Positions 1 through 8,806 of a DNA stretch of 55,761 bases are shown one piece after another; within the stretch, counting starts at the first letter, position 1, and each line of letters opens with the position of its first letter. The notes below the pieces were generated by a model. That model did not search any database. It saw nothing but the letters and a program-made list of their open reading frames with translations, and had not been told where the DNA came from. A program made the position numbers and the translations under genes. Source of the DNA: Candidatus Limenecus sp. (GTDB lineage: Bacteria; Cyanobacteriota; Vampirovibrionia; Gastranaerophilales; Gastranaerophilaceae); the NCBI GenBank assembly GCA_045531805.1, contig JAZSES010000224.1:1-55761 (forward strand), given 5' to 3'.

Positions 1-58
1 ATTATATAATATATATCATTTTTAATATCCTATTTTATTATTAGTATTTATATAAAAG

Positions 59-820
59 TTAGTTATCTTTTCTAACGAATTTATCGCCTTTGGCGTCACA
101 AACCCCAAAATGTATCGCTTTGCTCTCGTCGAGCTTATAACCAGTAGTATCTAAGTACAAGTGAATATGTTTTCTAAGTTTCTTAAGCCCTTTAACCATT
201 ATTTGTCTAATGCGTTCTCTAGTTACTCCGTAAATTTCACCGATTTCTTCTAGCGTACGCTTTGGACCTCTTAAACCGAGATAATATTCAAGACATGTCT
301 GTGTTCTACCATCTAAAGTGCCTAATGCTTTATATAATTGAACATGTTCTAAGTCTTCTTCTAAATATTGGTCTCCAGTGAGAGCATTTTCGTCCGCTTG
401 CATCTCTAAAATCTCGCTTTCGTCTTGGTCGTCAAATGTTAGTTTAATATTTAACGACATACATAGATTTTTTTCTAAAGTTTCAGGGTCATTTAACTTA
501 TAAGCCGGTATACGTATCATATGAAACTTACGATAAAAGTTACATAGTGCTTTTAGCACATAGAAATGATAAAATGTACTAAATTTTGCTTCACCGTCTT
601 CTCGCCAATCTTTCATACACTCCCACATTCCTATGGTAGCTAAGCTTTCTATATCATCTTTGTAATCTGGATGCTTATTTATATACTTATGAATAAATTT
701 ATACATAAGATTTTTATTGCGGTCCAGAAAGTATTCGAACAATTCGTTGTTGTTTGTATCTTGTTGATATAATATGCATAACTCTTCGTTAGTCAACAAA
801 TCCCATTTTTCTTTATTCAT
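59..820 (-). CDS. RNA polymerase sigma factor, sigma-70 family (phage-encoded)
   Basis: 253 aa. Region-2-like block FSTFYHFYVLKALCNFYRKFHMIRIPAY and region-4 HTH LEEIGEIYGVTRERIRQIMVKGLKKLR. AAGGAG lies 7 nt upstream of the ATG at 820. Confidence 0.8.
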   Translation of the reverse strand: MNKEKWDLLTNEELCILYQQDTNNNELFEYFLDRNKNLMYKFIHKYINKHPDYKDDIESLATIGMWECMKDWREDGEAKFSTFYHFYVLKALCNFYRKFHMIRIPAYKLNDPETLEKNLCMSLNIKLTFDDQDESEILEMQADENALTGDQYLEEDLEHVQLYKALGTLDGRTQTCLEYYLGLRGPKRTLEEIGEIYGVTRERIRQIMVKGLKKLRKHIHLYLDTTGYKLDESKAIHFGVCDAKGDKFVRKDN

Positions 821-837
821 AAGTAATCTCCTTTATT

Positions 838-2049
838 TTATAGTTGTTCTACTGATTTCCACCTTAATGTAATTTTCTTAACAAGCATATCTGCTTCTAA
901 GACATTTATTTTACCAGACAATACTCTATGAATTATATCAGCAATATCTACTGCATCATTACTTGAGCATCCTCTAGTTGTAACTGCTGCAAAACCAATC
1001 CTCAATCCACTAGTTTCATTTGGTTTTAGCTTATCATTTGGTAACATATTTTTATTTGTTGTAATGCCACATTGTTCTAATAGCTTTTGAGCTTCAAGTC
1101 CATTTAAGTGATATGAGTCTAATGTGTTTAACAAGAACAAATGATTTTCTGTATAACTTACTTTAGCACCTAGTGCTTGTAGCCTGTTTCTACATTGTTT
1201 TGTATTATGTTTAACGTGGTCTATATATTCGGCAAATTCTGGTTTAAGTGCTTCTTCAAAACAAATAGCTTTAGCTGCAATAACGTGCATCAATGGACCA
1301 CCTTGACTATACGGAAATACTGCACTATTTATCTTCTTAATAAGTTCTTCACTATTTGTTAATATTAAACCACCTCTAGGTCCTCTAAGAGTTTTATGAG
1401 TTGTTGATGTAACTATGTCTGCATACTGACATGGGTTCTGATGTTTATCTGCTGCTACTAAGCCGGCAATATGCGCCATGTCTACCATGAACTTAATATT
1501 ATTCTCGTCACATATTTGTTTGATAAACTTGAAGTTAATTTCGTATGGATAAGAACTCGCGCCAGCAACAATTAAGTCTGGTTTTTCATTCTTTGCTAAT
1601 TCTTGTAATTGTAAGTAATTTATTTTACCATCTTCAGTTAGTCCATAATGTATAAACTGATAATCATGTCCACTAAAGCTAACTGGACTTCCGTGTGTTA
1701 AGTGTCCGCCATCATTTAGACTCATTGACAATATTTTACCACCATTTGGAAGTAATGCTCTATACGCTGCATAGTTCGCTTGTGAACCAGAATGTGGTTG
1801 TACGTTTGCATATTTACATTTGAATAGTCTACATGCTAAATCAATAGCATAATTCTCTATCTTGTCTACATATTCACAGCCACCATAGTATCTTTTACTC
1901 GGATAGCCTTCTGCATATTTATTAGTTAATATTGTAGACATTGCCGAACGCACTTCCCAACTTGCTACGTTCTCACTAGCAATTAATTCAATACCTTGAT
2001 TTTGTCTTAAACTTTCTTGTAACAAAATATTATCTATTATTTGACTCAT
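838..2049 (-). CDS. glyA: serine hydroxymethyltransferase
   Basis: 403 aa, full-length SHMT look. Carries GGHLTHGS and the PLP-lysine block TSTTHKTLRGPRGG. The ATG at 2049 is preceded by AAGGAG; the track start at 2055 is GTG. Confidence 0.9.
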   Translation of the reverse strand: MSQIIDNILLQESLRQNQGIELIASENVASWEVRSAMSTILTNKYAEGYPSKRYYGGCEYVDKIENYAIDLACRLFKCKYANVQPHSGSQANYAAYRALLPNGGKILSMSLNDGGHLTHGSPVSFSGHDYQFIHYGLTEDGKINYLQLQELAKNEKPDLIVAGASSYPYEINFKFIKQICDENNIKFMVDMAHIAGLVAADKHQNPCQYADIVTSTTHKTLRGPRGGLILTNSEELIKKINSAVFPYSQGGPLMHVIAAKAICFEEALKPEFAEYIDHVKHNTKQCRNRLQALGAKVSYTENHLFLLNTLDSYHLNGLEAQKLLEQCGITTNKNMLPNDKLKPNETSGLRIGFAAVTTRGCSSNDAVDIADIIHRVLSGKINVLEADMLVKKITLRWKSVEQL

Positions 2050-2212
2050 ATTCACTCCTTATATTATCACATATTTCATGTAATCGTTTATCATTACTTT
2101 GATATTTCAAGCCATCAATCATTTTAACGTATATTATACCATTACGTTCTTCGATTGATACTATAAATTTGCTATTTATAAATTTATCTTGGTCTGCTAC
2201 TTTTATCCACAT
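2030..2212 (-). CDS. hypothetical protein (60 aa)
   Basis: ORF packed between neighbours on the same strand, ATG start, weak RBS. Overlaps the glyA start by 20 nt. Confidence 0.45.
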   Translation of the reverse strand: MWIKVADQDKFINSKFIVSIEERNGIIYVKMIDGLKYQSNDKRLHEICDNIRSEYESNNR

Positions 2213-2213
2213 A

Positions 2214-2396
2214 TTATTGTCCCATTGTGTCAGAGCCTACTGCGATACCGACAAATATTGCTCCTGCTCCTAATATATAACTAACTATTGTTATTGCTGC
2301 TCTATCATAGTGAGGACTAGGAAAACCTAACCATATTGAAATTCCAATTACTATTATTAAGCCAATTAGTAAACTAAATATCGCTAATTTTTTCAT
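2214..2396 (-). CDS. small membrane protein (60 aa, two hydrophobic helices)
   Basis: LAIFSLLIGLIIVIGISIWLGF and AAITIVSYILGAGAIFVGIAVG. The ATG at 2396 sits after AGAGGTG; the track start at 2402 is GTG. Confidence 0.55.
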   Translation of the reverse strand: MKKLAIFSLLIGLIIVIGISIWLGFPSPHYDRAAITIVSYILGAGAIFVGIAVGSDTMGQ

Positions 2397-2404
2397 ATTC
2401 ACCT

Positions 2405-3697
2405 CTAATATACACTTGTTTCATTTTTATCATCTCTAAGTTTCTTCATACGTGGAAATCTTAAACTAATCTTATCGTTTGTTTTAGATACGCTATAATC
2501 GAAGTATGCAACTTCAATAATTTTGCCTATCCACCAATCTGGGTCACTCCAACGAACTGCATCACTTATACCTGCTACATTTACTTTTATTGTACCTTCG
2601 TCATTTTCACATATAAACGAACCGATAGCTCCTTCGTATTTACCTTTACCTTCATTCCATCCAGTAATTCTTAAGTCCATACTCTGTAACTTCTTATACT
2701 TAAGAAGAGCATCTGTTCTCTTATGTTGATATTTAGCATCTGGGTCACGAAGCATTATACCTTCACCACCTTTAGCAGTTATAGTATCAAGCCATTCATC
2801 TAATTTCCAATTGTAATCTGTGTTTGGATAAACCCAAACTTTATCTAATACAGGAAGAATACTACATTGTGCACCTGTACCTTGTTCAGCATAACAGTCT
2901 AATATTCCTTTACGTTCTTTATATGGTAGTTTATCTGCAACAATATCATAAATATAGTAATGTAAATCAGACTTGTTTGTATACTTACCGTTAATAGCAC
3001 CTGATGTTCTATTAAAGTCTCTAGAACCAGCATGACCTAATGTCATTATCTCACCATCAAATACTGGATATTCATTAGTCTCCCAATCTTCGTGATTATT
3101 TGTTACCCAAGACATATCAAAATCTACTTTTAACGGTTTACCAGAACGTGACTGAAATTTCCATTTGTCTTCGGTTACGTCAAAATATGCTATACATCTA
3201 TTACCATCTAATTTCTCTTGTATATAGTAATACTGTTCATGATGTGACTCAGGATATTTCTTTGCTAACATTGGTGACAAATTTGTAATCATTTCGTCTT
3301 TGTTTGAATATCCTAGTTTCCATTCTCTATTAACTAGCATTGCAATAAATACTCTACACTTTTCTGGAGTAGACAACGTTGCGGTACGTATACCTGCATC
3401 TGTTGCAGGTAGTGATTTAAGACCATTTACAAAATCTCTAATAGAATTATCTTCAAACGTATACATATGCCCAGAATGGTCTTGATAGAATTTTTCAACA
3501 TATGAATTATAAGTATATCCTAACTTATGTTTACCCGCTAATACTTCGAAACAGAAGTCTAAATCAATTTTAATATCGTCGTCAACCATACTTCTAAACG
3601 CTTCAACTAAATCTTGTTTGTCATTACGTCCAGGTGTTTGAATTAACTGTTCAAACAATATTCTAATCTTATTACAATTATTTTCTAATCTATTCAT
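2405..3697 (-). CDS. ATP-dependent DNA ligase
   Basis: 430 aa. Adenylation motif I KxDGxR is present as EKLDGNRC, with a downstream nucleotidyltransferase/OB-like C-terminus. AGAGGT RBS. Confidence 0.85.
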   Translation of the reverse strand: MNRLENNCNKIRILFEQLIQTPGRNDKQDLVEAFRSMVDDDIKIDLDFCFEVLAGKHKLGYTYNSYVEKFYQDHSGHMYTFEDNSIRDFVNGLKSLPATDAGIRTATLSTPEKCRVFIAMLVNREWKLGYSNKDEMITNLSPMLAKKYPESHHEQYYYIQEKLDGNRCIAYFDVTEDKWKFQSRSGKPLKVDFDMSWVTNNHEDWETNEYPVFDGEIMTLGHAGSRDFNRTSGAINGKYTNKSDLHYYIYDIVADKLPYKERKGILDCYAEQGTGAQCSILPVLDKVWVYPNTDYNWKLDEWLDTITAKGGEGIMLRDPDAKYQHKRTDALLKYKKLQSMDLRITGWNEGKGKYEGAIGSFICENDEGTIKVNVAGISDAVRWSDPDWWIGKIIEVAYFDYSVSKTNDKISLRFPRMKKLRDDKNETSVY

Positions 3698-3698
3698 A

Positions 3699-3818
3699 TT
3701 ACTTACCTCTTTGTGCTTTCTTGGTACGTTTTGCAGTTAGTCTTTTATTTTTCATTTTAATTTTGTGACTTAACCAATTCTTGTCACCTTCTGTAAAATT
3801 ATTACTAGTGTGCAACAT
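3699..3818 (-). CDS. small basic protein (39 aa), below the ORF-track cutoff
   Basis: Hand translation gives MLHTSNNFTEGDKNWLSHKIKMKNKRLTAKRTKKAQRGK. AGGAGG lies 8 nt upstream of the ATG at 3818. The stop at 3699-3701 abuts the ligase ATG and fills an otherwise empty 107-nt gap. Confidence 0.4.
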   Translation of the reverse strand: MLHTSNNFTEGDKNWLSHKIKMKNKRLTAKRTKKAQRGK

Positions 3819-4023
3819 TATCTTCGCCTCCTATATAGTCTTTTATTTTTCTATAACCTTTATCAGTCAAATAGTATCTGTCAAATCTTTTGTCTAATTT
3901 CACCCATTTCTCTTTCTTAGCAAATCTTAGAACAATTTCATACATTAGATCATTATCGACCGGACCTGCAGTGAACATTATTCCCATGAGTATTCTCAAC
4001 AATGTTTTATATTTACTTTTCAT
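3805..4023 (-). CDS. hypothetical protein (72 aa)
   Basis: ORF with ATG at 4023 after AGAGGTG; the track start at 4032 is GTG. No motif recognised. Confidence 0.5.
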   Translation of the reverse strand: MKSKYKTLLRILMGIMFTAGPVDNDLMYEIVLRFAKKEKWVKLDKRFDRYYLTDKGYRKIKDYIGGEDNVAH

Positions 4024-4225
4024 CGTCGTCACCTCTTACGCATGCTGCTACTATTGCAACAAATACGCATACCATTACTGCGACTACTAAGAACCCGTAA
4101 AATGCCATAAACATTTTGTCGTCGCTGTTTTTATCTTTTATACAACTCATTAGTATTAACAATACTGAGTATATACCAGTTTGTATTGCATGTATTATCC
4201 AATATTTAGTATGTTTCATAGGCAT
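4013..4225 (-). CDS. small membrane protein (70 aa, two hydrophobic helices)
   Basis: An internal ATG at 4225 follows AAGGA. Hydrophobic segments IYSVLLILMSCI and FMAFYGFLVVAVMVCVFVAIVAACV. The upstream part of the track ORF overlaps the neighbouring gene and is probably not translated. Confidence 0.45.
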   Translation of the reverse strand: MPMKHTKYWIIHAIQTGIYSVLLILMSCIKDKNSDDKMFMAFYGFLVVAVMVCVFVAIVAACVRGDDDEK

Positions 4226-4574
4226 CTTTATCCTTAAAGTATTCTTGAATATCACCAAACTCCGCATTATCTGGAAGTTGGTCTCTAAACTCATCAGGTA
4301 CTGTACCATTATGCCAGAGATTTGAAGTAAACACTTTACGTCCATCAAAGAAATGAATTACAAATTTAGCACCATCAAAACCTCTAAAGCTGCTTATGTC
4401 GTTTTCATCGCTTATTTGATACACGACCCCTTTAGCTATTACTTGTCTTTTACTATCTTTATTCTTTACTCTTTCTAACCAATAATGTTTAGTAAAGCAT
4501 TCGCTTGAACATATAACATTATCATAATAGTGGCTCTTTTCTATTTGTTTACCACAAATCTCACATTCTAGCAT
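4206..4574 (-). CDS. hypothetical protein with N-terminal CxxC...CxxxC zinc-ribbon-like motif
   Basis: 122 aa. MLECEICGKQ...VICSSECF. AGGAGG RBS. Confidence 0.6.
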   Translation of the reverse strand: MLECEICGKQIEKSHYYDNVICSSECFTKHYWLERVKNKDSKRQVIAKGVVYQISDENDISSFRGFDGAKFVIHFFDGRKVFTSNLWHNGTVPDEFRDQLPDNAEFGDIQEYFKDKDAYETY

Positions 4575-4583
4575 AACTACCTC

Positions 4584-5504
4584 CTACGCTTTTAATTTAT
4601 AATCGCTATCAATAATATCATACTTTTGAAGTACTGTCATTTTTTGTTCAAATGTTTCACAATTAACTAATATTGCTACACATTCTCTGCATTTCTCATG
4701 CAACTTTGTCATTGATATGTGATATGCAGTGTGAATTTCTTTAATTGTTGCTTTTTCAGCATCTGTTAAACAATCATCATTCCATAACATATTAAAATTA
4801 GGAAGCATCTCGTCTTTTAGACCAGCTTTCTTTAATGCTGCAATAAAGTTTGTAATCGCTTTACCAATAGGTGATGCCTCGTTTAATTTTTGTATTGCTT
4901 CTTCTCTTTCTCTTTCGTAAGTTGTACGTTTCTTGTTAATGTATTGGTCTACAATACTTGGCTCTGTACAAATTGGGTCATTATCAAATGCTGATTTTCC
5001 AAAAACTGAATTTTTCATAATTTTCCTCGCTATTTTTTCATTTATTTCTTTTATTAGTTGTTTGTAATCAATTACCTCTCGCATATATCTATCGTTATAA
5101 TTAGAGCGATAATTAACTGCTACTATTGCTGAATTTAATCTAAAACATTCAGCTCTATTTAATTCTGGATATTCTTGTCTAAAATAATTTAGACTCATAC
5201 TTGGAATTTTCTTATCGTTACATAAATTCAAATATGCAGCATATAAGTCTTCTATGAATATCTCTCTACTATCACTATTCACTTTATACCATGTGTCAGG
5301 TATAATGTGAGTAGGTTCGTATTGTGACTTTGTCATTTGTTCATAATGCTCACAATCACCGGATAGTTCACTCTTTACATAATCTGGGTCATTGCTTATT
5401 ATGCCTTCGTGATTTGGATAATGACACCAATCAACTTCGTTATCTAACTCACGTATATGTTCATAGTATTTACAATTTACGCAACATTTTAGTAATCCGC
5501 ACAT
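4584..5504 (-). CDS. hypothetical protein, Cys-rich N-terminus
   Basis: 306 aa. The N-terminal 55 aa hold 7 Cys (CGLLKCCVNC...WCH...GDCEH). AAGGAGG RBS. Confidence 0.6.
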   Translation of the reverse strand: MCGLLKCCVNCKYYEHIRELDNEVDWCHYPNHEGIISNDPDYVKSELSGDCEHYEQMTKSQYEPTHIIPDTWYKVNSDSREIFIEDLYAAYLNLCNDKKIPSMSLNYFRQEYPELNRAECFRLNSAIVAVNYRSNYNDRYMREVIDYKQLIKEINEKIARKIMKNSVFGKSAFDNDPICTEPSIVDQYINKKRTTYEREREEAIQKLNEASPIGKAITNFIAALKKAGLKDEMLPNFNMLWNDDCLTDAEKATIKEIHTAYHISMTKLHEKCRECVAILVNCETFEQKMTVLQKYDIIDSDYKLKA

Positions 5505-6034
5505 TATTCCTCCTTTAGACTATCTATTATTTTATCTGCAAAGAATGGTGCAGTTGTTCTAGTATAGTCAAACACTTCGTGCTCAATAAAATACATTATA
5601 CTTCTATAGTTATTTGTTATTTCTTTATGTTTTGCTATTGCGATTGGATTATCATCACCACGCTCTAACATTTTTTGTTCTGCAATATCATTATCACAGA
5701 ATATCACTTTTACTTTGTTTTTTAATAGTGACAATAAATTTACTACTTTATCAACACTTATTACCGGTTCATATTCATCGTAGCATCTATAGATTACGTC
5801 ACTAATAGGTCCGCGGTCTAATACATATATCATATCACTATACGCTAATTGAGCTAATGCACTTATTAACTGGTCAGGTGTATTTCTAAATGGACTTTTA
5901 GGATGTGTATCTACTCCACAGTTACCATCTTTAATTTGCGTCACTGGCATATCTCTTGTAATTAGTTCATCGGTTATTGCATCACTTAAGGTACTTTTAC
6001 CAGTACCATCTGGTCCTTCTAAATATATAATCAT
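5504..6034 (-). CDS. tmk: thymidylate / dNMP kinase
   Basis: 176 aa. P-loop at the extreme N-terminus (IIYLEGPDGTGKSTL) and the DR..S..Y-type block LDRGPISDVIY typical of TMK-like kinases. AAGGAG RBS. Confidence 0.7.
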   Translation of the reverse strand: MIIYLEGPDGTGKSTLSDAITDELITRDMPVTQIKDGNCGVDTHPKSPFRNTPDQLISALAQLAYSDMIYVLDRGPISDVIYRCYDEYEPVISVDKVVNLLSLLKNKVKVIFCDNDIAEQKMLERGDDNPIAIAKHKEITNNYRSIMYFIEHEVFDYTRTTAPFFADKIIDSLKEE

Positions 6035-6035
6035 A

Positions 6036-6800
6036 TTACTTCTCCTTATAGAATTTTTCCATTAGTTTGTCGTGTAGTTTACTATATTGTATTTTATATT
6101 GTCTACCATTAACTTCAGTTTTATATTGTCCTGCAAACAAATCATTTGACAACTGTATATAATTCCAAGTGTCCCATTTAACTTTATGATTTTGAAAGTA
6201 TATAATATATTGTGGTTTAAAGTCTACTATCTTTTGCAAACAATTGTAGCAAGGTTCTAACATAGAATAAATTGCTCTTATCTTCTGTATACCTAGCGAC
6301 TCAATATAATTCAATACAACTTCTTCAGCATGCATATATTCACCATCAATAAGTTGATTATAACTATATAGCTTACTTGGATTATCGGTGCTTAAATCAT
6401 CATAGTATAATGTTACACAACAAGCAGTTTTAATATCTTCATCTTGACTGTATTTTGCTATCTTTACTAGCTGAGCTGGTAATAAGTCTTCCGCTATATC
6501 ATACATAATACCAAAGCCCATATCTAATTGGTTAACAAATACAACAGGAAAGCCGGCCTTATTAGCAGCCATCGCTAATTGCTTTCTGTGCGTTTTCCAC
6601 GATGGTTGACGTTTAAAGTCTTGTAATGTTAATAATACAATTCTTTGAGTAAACTCGTACTCGTCTTCGTATTCGTGAATATGGCCTATTAGCGTTCCTT
6701 CGCTTAATATATCTTGTCCACGCAGTCTTATCTTGTCATTAGGTTTACCCCAGTCACCATTCATGTATTGTTCAAATATTCTCTCTGCATTACTTGACAT
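6036..6800 (-). CDS. CDA-fold zinc deaminase (dCMP-deaminase-like) with long N-terminal extension
   Basis: 254 aa. HAE...PCxxC zinc signature in the C-terminal third (YMHAEEVVLNYI ... MLEPCYNCLQKI). The ATG at 6800 follows GAGGTG. Confidence 0.6.
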   Translation of the reverse strand: MSSNAERIFEQYMNGDWGKPNDKIRLRGQDILSEGTLIGHIHEYEDEYEFTQRIVLLTLQDFKRQPSWKTHRKQLAMAANKAGFPVVFVNQLDMGFGIMYDIAEDLLPAQLVKIAKYSQDEDIKTACCVTLYYDDLSTDNPSKLYSYNQLIDGEYMHAEEVVLNYIESLGIQKIRAIYSMLEPCYNCLQKIVDFKPQYIIYFQNHKVKWDTWNYIQLSNDLFAGQYKTEVNGRQYKIQYSKLHDKLMEKFYKEK

Positions 6801-7584
6801 TAAAATCACCTCGCTTGTGTTCTTTTCTCCAATTTAATAATCGTCTATATAAGTTTAATGGTAGTTGTCCTTGTGAATTTATTATCTGGTCAATCTCTCT
6901 ATCTGAGAACGTATATGACAATACTTTTTTAATTTCTTCAGTAGTTTCATTAAAATCCATTTCAGCGATACCTTGGTCTTCTTCACCATATATTTCGTTT
7001 AGTGTATGTGTAGTACCATCAATTTCAAATTGTTCGTCAAGTGAACTAACTTTATCAGTATTATCAATTATTAGTTTATTTCTATTATTTCTAATATCCA
7101 TCAATACTTCGTTGTATGCACTTCTTTCAATATAACCTAAATTACCTACATACACTCCATCTTTTCCAAATGCTTTTACAATTGCATAATGTACATGTGA
7201 TAACATTTCATCATACGGTTTGTCGAATGTCTTACTTAACTTATGTGCTGTCTTCTTTATCCATTGTTCTTTAGTATCTAACCAGTTCTCAATTGGCGGG
7301 TTATGAAATTGTACTAATGATTTGTTTTGATTATGTTTTAGGTTTACTAACCATTGTATATACGCTAGCTTCAAGTCATTCTTAGTAACAATATAACCTT
7401 TACAATACTTTTCAGGTATCAAATAAACATTCATTTTAATTTCTGTGCCATCTAATTTCATAAAGTATCCAATTACTACTTCACCGTTAGTAATAATTTT
7501 ATACTCTTCTTCAGTCCATGTAGTTGGATTATCGTCTGTATCTATTATTAAGTTTACGATACGATATTTCTTACCATCTCTCAT
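6790..7584 (-). CDS. hypothetical protein; weak sigma-region-2-like segment
   Basis: 264 aa, AGGAG RBS. The segment DEMLSHVHYAIVKAFGKDGVYVGNLGYIERSAYNEVLMDIRNNR loosely resembles sigma region 2. Low confidence for that function. Confidence 0.6.
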   Translation of the reverse strand: MRDGKKYRIVNLIIDTDDNPTTWTEEEYKIITNGEVVIGYFMKLDGTEIKMNVYLIPEKYCKGYIVTKNDLKLAYIQWLVNLKHNQNKSLVQFHNPPIENWLDTKEQWIKKTAHKLSKTFDKPYDEMLSHVHYAIVKAFGKDGVYVGNLGYIERSAYNEVLMDIRNNRNKLIIDNTDKVSSLDEQFEIDGTTHTLNEIYGEEDQGIAEMDFNETTEEIKKVLSYTFSDREIDQIINSQGQLPLNLYRRLLNWRKEHKRGDFNVK

Positions 7585-7596
7585 AGCTATTTACTC

Positions 7597-7836
7597 CTAT
7601 AATTTAGAAACTTTATTATTTGGTGTAATGTATGTTTGTTCCTCGATATAAGGTTTTAACATATTTATATCAATCTTACCTTCAACCAAAGCAGTCATTA
7701 GTGCTCTTATTGTTGCAGATTGTTTATTAACTAATTTATTATCTAAAAGAACTTTACAGAATTTTGCTTTTAATAATCGGTCAATATAAAAGTTCCATTT
7801 GTCTTTAGTTTCTGCTTCTGTTAACTTCTTTGGCAT
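7597..7836 (-). CDS. small protein, possible ribbon-helix-helix DNA-binding fold
   Basis: 79 aa from the ATG at 7836, which follows GGAGGT. The pattern WNFYIDRLLKAKFCKVL...SATIRALMTALVEG resembles a beta-strand plus two helices as in Arc/CopG-type proteins. The function guess is weak. Confidence 0.55.
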   Translation of the reverse strand: MPKKLTEAETKDKWNFYIDRLLKAKFCKVLLDNKLVNKQSATIRALMTALVEGKIDINMLKPYIEEQTYITPNNKVSKL

Positions 7837-7882
7837 CTTTACCTCCATATAAATTTACTATATGTCATAATTTTTTAATCAT

Positions 7883-7957
7883 AAAATTAAACTAGGTACT
7901 CATATCGCTATATGAGATTTAGTCGCTCGCCCGTAGCTACCAACCTAGTTTAATTTT
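7883..7957 (-). terminator. compound stem-loop after gene 8006..8677 (terminator or small structured RNA)
   Basis: 15-nt arms AAAATTAAACTAGGT (7883-7897) and ACCTAGTTTAATTTT (7943-7957) enclose a GC-rich 45-nt core. The core contains the inner hairpin CTCATAT-CGCT-ATATGAG (7899-7916). T-runs lie on both sides. Confidence 0.5.
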
Positions 7958-8005
7958 AGTGTCCAATGTATATATTATTTTATTACTTCTAATATTTGTT
8001 ATTGA

Positions 8006-8677
8006 TTAGTTTGCACTGTTCATCAATGCAGCAAGCAATGCTTGAGCTTTGCTGATTTCTTTATCTTTTCTCTTTTCAGCTCTAACTGCTTTTTCTTCAT
8101 CAGTAAGTGGTCTTCTTTCAGCTCTTGGTCTATTTGCTTTGTTCTCAGCAGATAATGCAAGGATTTCGTTGTATCTGTTGTACTCATCTTCAGTGAACAT
8201 ATCTAAGAATGACTTAGGACCATTGCTAACTGTAATCTTCTCACCGTTTTGAAGTGCTTCAATGTATTTTTGAAGTTGTTCAATAGTCATATCTTCAGGT
8301 TTAGTTTTCTTAGTAGATGCTTTAGCTGCTTTGAACTTCTCAACTGCACCATTAACTAGTTCAGTATATTCATTAGCAGTCTCTTCGTCAAGATACTTAA
8401 TGATTTCTTGTTTAACACCTGTAGCACCAAGTACTCTTGGAGCAGATGTCTTAACTTCTACTTCAAGTTCAAAGTTCTCATGTTCTGCTAAGAACTTGTC
8501 TTCGCTGAAGTATGTTCTGTTAGTTACATTGTCTTTTGGAAGTTTAATCCATGGTTTTCCTTCTGGATGTGCTTCACTTGCTTTTGATTTTTCGTTCCAT
8601 ACTGGACATTCAACTCTTTCTGAGCCATCTTGTGCGTCAAAGTAATATTTGCCGTCTTCTAAAATAATTTTTGCCAT
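8006..8677 (-). CDS. hypothetical protein, Lys/Arg/Glu-rich C-terminus; own promoter and terminator
   Basis: 223 aa. Preceded by a roughly 130-150-nt leader and a promoter-like box, and followed by the compound stem-loop, so it appears to be an insulated single-gene unit. Confidence 0.7.
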   Translation of the reverse strand: MAKIILEDGKYYFDAQDGSERVECPVWNEKSKASEAHPEGKPWIKLPKDNVTNRTYFSEDKFLAEHENFELEVEVKTSAPRVLGATGVKQEIIKYLDEETANEYTELVNGAVEKFKAAKASTKKTKPEDMTIEQLQKYIEALQNGEKITVSNGPKSFLDMFTEDEYNRYNEILALSAENKANRPRAERRPLTDEEKAVRAEKRKDKEISKAQALLAALMNSAN

Positions 8678-8806
8678 AATTGGTATTCCTTTTCTATCGT
8701 AACGTGATAGTACGTTGTTTGCGGCTTTCAGGTGGTCACAGCCATAGTCTCACCTTTATATATCAATAAAATAACTGAATGATAGCGGACAATCAAATAT
8801 TTTATA

